Source: Utricularia gibba (Eukaryota > Plantae > Magnoliophyta). Taken from it: a stretch of 17,991 nucleotides of DNA. The position numbers and the translations under genes were made by a program. Below are positions 8,431 to 17,991 of this stretch, piece after piece; within the stretch, counting starts at the first letter, position 1; the number at the start of each line of letters is the position of its first letter. The DNA lies in assembly GCA_002189035.1 (NCBI GenBank), contig NEEC01000367.1, positions 1 to 17,991 of the forward strand, written 5' to 3'. A model generated the notes under the pieces. That model saw nothing but the letters and a program-made list of their open reading frames with translations, was not told the origin of the DNA and did no database searches.

Positions 8431-11400
8431 ACGTTAATAAATGCATCAATTTTTTTGCCGGGCTACAAATGACTCTGGGCCGAGCTCGACTCGACCTCCT
8501 GCTCGATACCGTTGCCCCACGAGAGTGCCTTATCAAATATAAAGCATGCGGTTGAAAACCATTTTGGGTGCTCATGAATCCTAACTTCAATAACTGCATC
8601 ACGATTTTCGTCGAGTAGGACCCGATGTGGCAAAGGAGTCAGACCGAACCTATGGTCAGAACGAAGTTCCAAAAGACATCACCCCCAGAAACGACAAGCT
8701 TTTCCTTGAGAAACCATGTAGGCAGCCTATTAAAACCCAACGTTAATAAATGCATCACTTTTTTTGACAGGCTAAAATGACTCTGGGAGCGAGCCCGACT
8801 CGACCTTTTGCCCGATACCGTGCCCCACTAGAGCGCCTCCTCAACTACAAAGCATGCGATTGACAAAAGCATTTTGGGTGCTCATGAAATCCTAACTTCA
8901 ATAACTGCATCACGATTTTCGTCGAGTAGGACCAGATTGGCAAAGGAGACAGACCGAACCTTGGTCAGAACGAAGTTCACAACGACATCACCCGCCCAAA
9001 AACGACAAGCTTTTCCTTGAGAAAACCATTGAGGCAGCCTATTAAAAACCAACCGTTAATAAATGCATCAAGTTTTTTGCCGAGCTACAAATGACTATGG
9101 GCCCGAGCTCGACTCGACCTCCTACTCGATACCGTTGCCCCACGAGAGCACCTTATCAAATATAAAGCATGCGGTTGAGAAAACCATTTTGGGTGCTCAT
9201 GAAATCCTAACTTCAATAACTGCATCACGATTTTCGTCGAGTAGGACCCGATGTGGCAAAGGAGTCAGACCGAACCTATGGTCAGAACGAAGTTCCAAAA
9301 GACATCACCCGCCCAGAAACGACAAGCTTTTCCTTGAGAAACCTATTAAAACCCAACGTTAATAATGCATCAATTTTTTTGCCGGCTACAAATGACTATG
9401 GCCCGAGCTCGACTCGACCTCCTGCTCGATACCGTTGCCCCACGAGAGCGCCTCCTCAAATATAAAGCATGCGGTTGAGAAAACCATTTTGGGTGCTCAT
9501 GAAATCCTAACTTCAATAACTGCATCACGATTTTCGTCGAGTAGGACCCGATGTGGCAAAGGAGTCAGACCGAACCTTGGGTCAGAACGAAGTTCCCAAC
9601 GACATCACCCGCCAGAAACGACAAGCTTTTCCTTGAGAAACTATGTAGGCAGCCTAATAAAACCGAACGTTAATAAATGCATCAATTTTTTTTGCCGGGC
9701 TACAAATGACTCTGGGCCGAGCTCGACTCGACCTCCTGCTCGATACCGTTGCCCCACGAGAGTGCCTTATCAAATATAAAGCATGCGGTTGAGAAAACCA
9801 TTTTGGGTGCTCATGAATCCTAACTTCAATAACTGCATCACGATTTTCGTCGAGTAGGACCCGATGTGGCAAAGGAGTCAGACCGAACCTATGGTCAGAA
9901 CGAAGTTCCAAAAGACATCACCCGCCCAGAAACGACAAGCTTTTCCTTGAGAACCTATGTAGGCAGCCTAATAAAGCCGAACGTTAATAAATGCATCAAT
10001 TTTTTTTGCCGGGCTACAAATGACTCTGGGCCCGAGCTCGACTCGACCTCCTGCTCGATACCGTTGCCCCACGAGAGTGCCTTATCAAATATAAAGCATG
10101 CGGTTCAGAAAACCATTTTGGGTGCTCATGATATCCTAACTTCAATAACTGCATCACGATTTTCGTCGAGTAGGACCCGATGTGGCAAAGGAGTCAGACC
10201 GAACCTATGGTCAGAACGAAGTTCCAAAAGACATCACCCGCCCAGAAACGACAAGCTTTTCCTTGAGAAACCATGTAGGCAGCCTATTAAAACCCAACGT
10301 TAATAAATGCATCACTTTTTTTGACAGGCTAAAAATGACTCTGGGAGCGAGCCCGACTCGACCTTTTGCCCGATACCGTGCCCCACTAGAGCGCCTCCTC
10401 AACTACAAAGCATGCGATTGACAAAAGCATTTTGGGTGCTCATGAAATCCTAACTTCAATAACTGCATCACGATTTTCGTCGAGTAGGACCAGATTGGCA
10501 AAGGAGACAGACCGAACCTTGGTCAGAACGAAGTTCACAACGACATCACCCGCCCAAAAACGACAAGCTTTTCCTTGAGAAAACCATTGAGGCAGCCTAT
10601 TAAAACCAACCGTTAATAAATGCATCAAGTTTTTTGCCGAGCTACAAATGACTATGGGCCCGAGCTCGACTCGACCTCCTACTCGATACCGTTGCCCCAC
10701 GAGAGCCTTATCAAATATAAAGCATGCGGTTGAGAAAACCATTTTGGGTGCTCATGAAATCCTAACTTCAATAACTGCATCACGATTTTCGTCGAGTAGG
10801 ACCCGATGTGGCAAAGGAGTCAGACCGAACCTATGGTCAGAACGAAGTTCCAAAAGACATCACCCGCCCAGAAACGACAAGCTTTTCCTTGAGAAACCAT
10901 GTAGGCAGCCTATTAAAACCCAACGTTAATAAATGCATCACTTTTTTTGACAGGCTAAAAATGACTCTGGGAGCGAGCCCGACTCGACCTTTGCCCGATA
11001 CCGTGCCCCACTAGAGCGCCTCCTCAACTACAAAGCATGCGATTGACAAAACATTTTGGGTGCTCATGAAATCCTAACTTCAATAACTGCATCACGATTT
11101 TCGTCGAGTAGGACCATGTGGCAAAGGAGTCAGACCGAACCTTGGTCAGAACGAAGTTCCAAAAGACATCACCCGCCCAAAACGACAAGCTTTTCCTTGA
11201 GAAACCATGTAGGCAGCCTATTAAAGCCAACGTTAATAAATGCATCAATTTTTTTTGCCGGCTACAAATGACTCTGGCCCGAGCTCGACTCGACCTCCTA
11301 CTCGATACCGTTGCCCCACGAGAGCACCTTATCAAATATAAAGCATGCGGTTGAGAAAACCATTTTGGGTGCTCATGAAATCCTAACTTCAATAACTGCA

Positions 11401-11543
11401 TCACGATTTTCGTTGAGTAGGACCCGATGTGGCAAAGGAGTCAGACCGAACCTATGGTCAGAACGAAGTTCCAAAAGACATCACCCGCCCAGAAACGACA
11501 AGCTTTCCTTGAGAAACCTATGTAGGCAGCCTAATAAAGCCGA
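8431..11543. repeat. Higher-order repeat copy 2: 10-mer C X Y Z C C X Y X Y* (~3.11 kb)
   Basis: Units 28-37 have the same order as copy 1. Z is at 9358, 3113 bp after Z at 6245. The last two units are partly mosaic. Confidence 0.75.
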
Positions 11544-14500
11544 ACGTTAATAAATGCATCAATTTTTTTTGCCGGGCTACAAATGACTCTGGGCCCGAGC
11601 TCGACTCGACCTCCTGCTCGATACCGTTGCCCCACGAGAGTGCCTTATCAAATATAAAGCATGCGGTTCAGAAAACCATTTTGGGTGCTCATGATATCCT
11701 AACTTCAATAACTGCATCACGATTTTCGTCGAGTAGGACCCGATGTGGCAAAGGAGTCAGACCGAACCTATGGTCAGAACGAAGTTCAAAAGACATCACC
11801 CCCAGAAACGACAAGCTTTTCCTTGAGAAACCATGTAGGCAGCCTATTAAAACCAACGTTAATAAATGCATCACTTTTTTTGACAGGCTAAAATGACTCT
11901 GGGCGAGCCCGACTCGACCTTTTGCCCGATACCGTCCCCACTAGAGCGCCTCCTCAACTACAAAGCATGCGATTGACAAAAGCATTTTGGGTGCTCATGA
12001 AATCCTAACTTCAATAACTGCATCACGATTTTCGTCGAGTAGGACCAGATTGGCAAAGGAGACAGACCGAACCTTGGTCAGAACGAAGTTCACAACGACA
12101 TCACCCGCCCAAAAACGACAAGCTTTTCCTTGAGAAACCATTGAGGCAGCCTATTAAAACCAACGTTAATAAATGCATCAAGTTTTTTGCCGAGCTACAA
12201 ATGACTATGGCCCGAGCTCGACTCGACCTCCTACTCGATACCGTTGCCCCACGAGAGCACCTTATCAAATATAAAGCATGCGGTTGAGAAAACCATTTTG
12301 GGTGCTCATGAAATCCTAACTTCAATAACTGCATCACGATTTTCGTCGAGTAGGACCCGATGTGGCAAAGGAGTCAGACCGAACCTTGGTCAGAACGAAG
12401 TTCCAAAAGACATCACCCGCCCAGAAACGACAAGCTTTTCCTTGAGAAACAATGTAGGCCTATTAAAACCAACGTTAATAAATGCATCAAGTTTTTTTGC
12501 CGAGCTACAAATGACTATGGGCCGAGCTCGACTCGACCTCCTGCTCGATACCGTTGCCCCACGAGAGCGCCTCCTCAAATATAAAGCATGCGGTTGAGAA
12601 AACCATTTTGGGTGCTCATGATCCTAACTTCAATAACTGCATCACGATTTTCGTCGAGTAGGACCCGATGTGGCAAAGGAGTCAGACCGAACCTTGGGTC
12701 AGAACGAAGTTCCAACGACATCACCCGCCAGAAACGACAAGCTTTTCCTTGAGAAACATGTAGGCAGCCTATAAAACCAACGTTAATAAATGCATCAACC
12801 GGGCTACAAATGACTCTGGGCCGAGCTCGACTCGACCTCCTGCTCGATACCGTTGCCCCACGAGTGCCTTATCAAATATAAAGCATGCGGTTGAGAAAAC
12901 CATTTTGGGTGCTCATGAAATCCTAACTTCAATAACTGCATCACGATTTTCGTCGAGTAGGACCGATGTGGCAAAGGAGTCAGACCGAACCTTGGTCAGA
13001 ACGAAGTTCCAAAAGACATCACCCCGCCAGAAACGACAAGCTTTTCCTTGAGAAACATGTAGGCAGCCTAATTAAAACCAACGTTAATAAATGCATCAAT
13101 TTTTTTTTGCCGGGCTACAAATGACTGGGCCGAGCTCGACTCGACCTCTGCTCGATACCGTTGCCCCACGAGAGTGCCTTATCAAATATAAAGCATGCGG
13201 TTGAGAAAACCATTTTGGGTGCTCATGAAATCCTAACTTCAATAACTGCATCACGATTTTCGTCGAGTAGGACCCGATGTGGCAAAGGAGTCAGACCGAA
13301 CCTTGGTCAGAACGAAGTTCCAAAAGACATCACCCGCCCAGAAACGACAAGCTTTTCCTTGAGAAACCATGTAGGCAGCCTATTAAAACCCAACGTTAAT
13401 AAATGCATCAATTTTTTTGCCTAAAAATGACTCTGGGAGCGAGCCCGACTCGACCTTTTGCCGATACCGTGCCCCACTAGAGCGCCTTCAAATATAAAGC
13501 ATGCGGTTGAGAAAACATTTTGGGTGCTCATGAAATCCTAACTTCAATAACTGCATCACGATTTTCGTCGAGTAGGACCCGATGTGGCAAAGGAGTCAGA
13601 CCGAACCTATGGTCAGAACGAAGTTCCAAAGACATCACCCGCCCAGAAACGACAAGCTTTTCCTTGAGAAACCATGTAGGCAGCCTATTAAAACCCAACG
13701 TTAATAAATGCATCACTTTTTTTGCAGGCTAAAAATGACTCTGGAGCGAGCCCGACTCGACCTTTTGCCCGATACCGTGCCCCACTAGAGCGCCTCCTCA
13801 ACTACAAAGCATGCGATTGAAAAACATTTTGGGTGCTCATGAAATCCTAACTTCAATAACTGCATCACGATTTTCGTCGAGTAGGACCAGATTGGCAAAG
13901 GAGACAGACCGAACCTTGGGTCAGAACGAAGTTCACAACGACATCACCGCCCAAAAACGACAAGCTTTTCCTTGAGAAAACCATTGAGGCAGCCTATTAA
14001 AACCAACGTTAATAAATGCATCAAGTTTTTTGCCGAGCTACAAATGACTATGGGCCCGAGCTCGACTCGACCTCCTACTCGATACCGTTGCCCCACGAGA
14101 GCACCTTATCAAATATAAAGCATGCGGTTGAGAAAACCATTTTGGGTGCTCATGAAATCCTAACTTCAATAACTGCATCACGATTTTCGTCGAGTAGGAC
14201 CCGATGTGGCAAAGGAGTCAGACCGAACCTATGGTCAGAACGAAGTTCCAAAAGACATCACCCAGAAACGACAAGCTTTTCCTTGAGAAACCATGTAGGC
14301 AGCCTATTAAAACCCAACGTTAATAAATGCATCACTTTTTTTGACAGGCTAAAAATGACTCTGGGAGCGAGCCCGACTCGACCTTTTGCCCGATACCGTG
14401 CCCCACTAGAGCGCCTCCTCAACTACAAAGCATGCGATTGACAAAAGCATTTTGGGTGCTCATGAAATCCTAACTTCAATAACTGCATCACGATTTTCGT

Positions 14501-14935
14501 CGAGTAGGACCAGATTTGGCAAAGGAGACAGACCGAACCTTGGTCAGAACGAAGTTCACAACGACATCACCCGCCAAAACGACAAGCTTTTCCTTGAGAA
14601 AACCATTGAGGCAGCCTATTAAAACCAACGTTAATAAATGCATCAAGTTTTTTGCCGAGCTACAAATGACTATGGGCCGAGCTCGACTCGACCTCCTACT
14701 CGATACCGTTGCCCCACGAGAGCACCTTATCAAATATAAAGCATGCGGTTGAGAAAACCATTTTGGGTGCTCATGAAATCCTAACTTCAATAACTGCATC
14801 ACGATTTTCGTCGAGTAGGACCCGATGTGGCAAAGGAGTCAGACCGAACCTATGGTCAGACGAAGTTCCAAAAGACATCACCCGCCCAGAAACGACAAGC
14901 TTTCCTTGAGAAACATGTAGGCAGCCTAAAAACCA
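11544..14935. repeat. Higher-order repeat copy 3: 11-mer variant C X Y Z C C X* X Y X Y (~3.39 kb)
   Basis: Units 38-48. Z is at 12474, 3116 bp after the previous Z. One extra mosaic unit lies at 13393-13697. Confidence 0.68.
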
Positions 14936-17900
14936 ACGTTAATAAATGCATCAAGTTTTTTTGCCGGGCTACAAATGACTCTGGGCCCGAGCTCGACTCG
15001 ACCTCCTGCTCGATACCGTTGCCCCGAGAGTGCCTTATCAAATATAAAGCATGCGGTTGAGAAAACCATTTTGGGTGCTCATGAATCCTAACTTCAATAA
15101 CTGCATCACGATTTTCGTCGAGTAGGACCCGATGTGGCAAAGGAGTCAGACCGAACCTTGGTCAGAACGAAGTTCCAAAAGACATCACCCCCCAGAAACG
15201 ACAAGCTTTTCCTTGAGAAACATGTAGGCAGCCTATTAAAACCCAACGTTAATAAATGCATCAATTTTTTGCAGGCTACAAATGACTCTGGGCGAGCCCG
15301 ACTCGACCTTTTGCCGATACCGTTGCCCCACGAGCGCCTCCTCAACTACAAAGCATGCGATTGAGAAAACATTTTGGGTGCTCATGAAATCCTAACTTCA
15401 ATAACTGCATCACGATTTTCGTCGAGTAGGACCAGATTGGCAAAGGAGACAGACCGAACCTTGGGTCAGAACGAAGTTCACAACGACATCACCCGCCCAA
15501 AAACGACAAGCTTTTCCTTGAGAAACCATTGAGGCAGCCTATTAAAACCAACGTTAATAAATGCATCAAGTTTTTTGCCGAGCTACAAATGACTATGGGC
15601 CCGAGCTCGACTCGACCTCCTACTCGATACCGTTGCCCCACGAGAGCACCTTATCAAATATAAAGCATGCGGTTGAGAAAACCATTTTGGGTGCTCATGA
15701 ATCCTAACTTCAATAACTGCATCACGATTTTCGTCGAGTAGGACCCGATGTGGCAAAGGAGTCAGACCGAACCTATGGTCAGAACGAAGTTCCAAAAGAC
15801 ATCACCCGCCCAGAAACGACAAGCTTTTCCTTGAGAAACCATGTAGGCAGCCTATTAAAACCCAACGTTAATAAATGCATCACTTTTTTTTGACAGGCTA
15901 AAATGACTCTGGGAGCGAGCCCGACTCGACCTTTTGCCCGATACCGTGCCCCACTAGAGCGCCTCCTCAACTACAAAGCATGCGATTGACAAAAGCATTT
16001 TGGGTGCTCATGAAATCCTAACTTCAATAACTGCATCACGATTTTCGTCGAGTAGGACCAGATTGGCAAAGGAGACAGACCGAACCTTGGGTCAGAACGA
16101 AGTTCACAACGACATCACCCGCCAAAAACGACAAGCTTTTCCTTGAGAAACCATTGAGGCAGCCTATTAAAACCAACCGTTAATAAATGCATCAAGTTTT
16201 TTGCCGAGCTACAAATGACTATGGGCCCGAGCTCGACTCGACCTCCTACTCGATACCGTTGCCCCACGAGAGCACCTTATCAAATATAAAGCATGCGGTT
16301 GAGAAAACCATTTTGGGTGCTCATGAAATCCTAACTTCAATAACTGCATCACGATTTTCGTCGAGTAGGACCGATTGGCAAAGGAGTCAGACCGAACCTT
16401 GGTCAGAACGAAGTTCCAAAAGACATCACCCGCCCAAAACGACAAGCTTTTCCTTGAGAAACATGTAGGCAGCCTATTAAAACCAACGTTAATAAATGCA
16501 TCAATTTTTTTGCCGGGCTACAATGACTCTGGGCCGAGCTCGACTCGACCTCCTGCTCGATACCGTTGCCCCACGAGAGTGCCTTATCAAATATAAAGCA
16601 TGCGGTTGAGAAAACCATTTTGGGTGCTCATGAATCCTAACTTCAATAACTGCATCACGATTTTCGTCGAGTAGGACCCGATGTGGCAAAGGAGTCAGAC
16701 CGAACCTATGGTCAGAACGAAGTTCCAAAAGATCACCCCCAGAAACGACAAGCTTTTCCTTGAGAAACCATGTAGGCAGCCTATTAAAACCCAACGTTAA
16801 TAAATGCATCACTTTTTTTTGACAGGCTAAAAATGACTCTGGGAGCGAGCCCGACTCGACCTTTTGCCCGATACCGTGCCCCACTAGAGCGCCTCCTCAA
16901 CTACAAAGCATGCGATTGACAAAAGCATTTTGGGTGCTCATGAAATCCTAACTTCAATAACTGCATCACGATTTTCGTCGAGTAGGACCAGATTTGGCAA
17001 AGGAGACAGACCGAACCTTGGGTCAGAACGAAGTTCACAACGACATCACCCGCCCAAAAACGACAAGCTTTTCCTTGAGAAAACCATTGAGGCAGCCTAT
17101 TAAAACCAACCGTTAATAAATGCATCAAGTTTTTTGCCGAGCTACAAATGACTATGGGCCCGAGCTCGACTCGACCTCCTACTCGATACCGTTGCCCCAC
17201 GAGAGCACCTTATCAAATATAAAGCATGCGGTTGAGAAAACCATTTTGGGTGCTCATGAAATCCTAACTTCAATAACTGCATCACGATTTTCGTCGAGTA
17301 GGACCCGATGTGGCAAAGGAGTCAGACCGAACATGGTCAGAACGAAGTTCCAAAGACATCACCCGCCCAGAAACGACAAGCTTTTCCTTGAGAACCATGT
17401 AGGCAGCCTAATAAAACCGAACGTTAATAAATGCATCAATTTTTTTTGCCGGGCTACAAATGACTCTGGCCCGAGCTCGACTCGACCTCCTGCTCGATAC
17501 CGTTGCCCCACGAGAGTGCCTTATCAAATATAAAGCATGCGGTTGAGAAAACCATTTTGGTGCTCATGAAATCCTAACTTCAATAACTGCATCACGATTT
17601 TCGTCGAGTAGGACCGATGTGGCAAAGGAGTCAGACCGAACCTATGGTCAGAACGAAGTTCCAAAAGACATCACCCGCCAGAAACGACAAGCTTTTCCTT
17701 GAGAAACCATGTAGGCAGCCTATTAAAACCCAACGTTAATAAATGCATCACTTTTTTGACAGGCTAAAAATGACTCTGGGAGCGAGCCCGACTCGACCTT
17801 TTGCCCGATACCGTGCCCCACTAGAGCGCCTCCTCAACTACAAAGCATGCGATTGACAAAAGCATTTTGGGTGCTCATGAAATCCTAACTTCAATAACTG

Positions 17901-17991
17901 CATCACGATTTTCGTCGAGTAGGACCAGATTTGGCAAAGGAGACAGACCGAACCTTGGGTCAGAACGAAGTTCACAACGACATCACCCGCC

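Larger units (their letters stand above)
1..17991. repeat. Tandem satellite DNA array, ~311-315 bp unit, 57 full units plus one partial, all head-to-tail in one orientation
   Basis: The landmark GTTAAT(A/T)AATGCATCA (occasionally one base shorter) recurs at 3, 313, 623, 936, 1250, 1560 ... 17112, 17423, 17735. That is 58 occurrences; (17735-3)/57 = ~311 bp. No non-repeat sequence was seen between units, and the array runs off both window ends. Confidence 0.99.

Noticed and set aside
559-17533. Dozens of 61-145 aa ORFs on both strands (e.g. MHQVFCRATNDYGPELDS..., MGAHEILTSITASRFSSSRTR...)
   Set aside because: They are translations of the same repeat in shifting frames, opened and closed by homopolymer indels. 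I recognise no domain and no frame is conserved across units.
1-17991. CRISPR-like reading (invariant 45-bp block as repeat, rest as spacer)
   Set aside because: The intervening ~268 bp are near-identical copies rather than unique spacers, are far too long, and there are no cas genes.

Overview
The whole 17,991-bp window is one uninterrupted, single-orientation tandem satellite array. It holds 57 complete units plus a partial 58th, with a mean period of ~311 bp (individual units 301-316 bp). I found no credible genes, RNA genes, CRISPR spacers or transposon sequence; all ORFs in the track are repeat artefacts. The interest is in the architecture, read by hand. (1) Each ~313-bp unit is an old, diverged dimer of ~156-bp halves (A and B), and both halves keep a 17-bp internal duplication. 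(2) Half A has four recurrent variants (C, X, Y, Z). Their order is C X Y X Y C Z C X Y X Y X Y Y X Y | C X Y Z C | C X Y X Y | C X Y Z C | C X Y X Y* | C X Y Z C | C X* X Y X Y | C X* Y X Y | C X Y | C X (* = mosaic). (3) This gives nested periods of ~625 bp (XY), ~1.56 kb (5-mer) and ~3.1 kb (10-mer higher-order repeat, about three copies at 5.3-14.9 kb). The array looks like eukaryotic centromeric or pericentromeric satellite. Transitions at CG and CHG sites hint at a plant, but neither organism nor centromere function can be established from this window. Frequent homopolymer indels suggest imperfect long-read consensus, so singleton variants need read-level confirmation.
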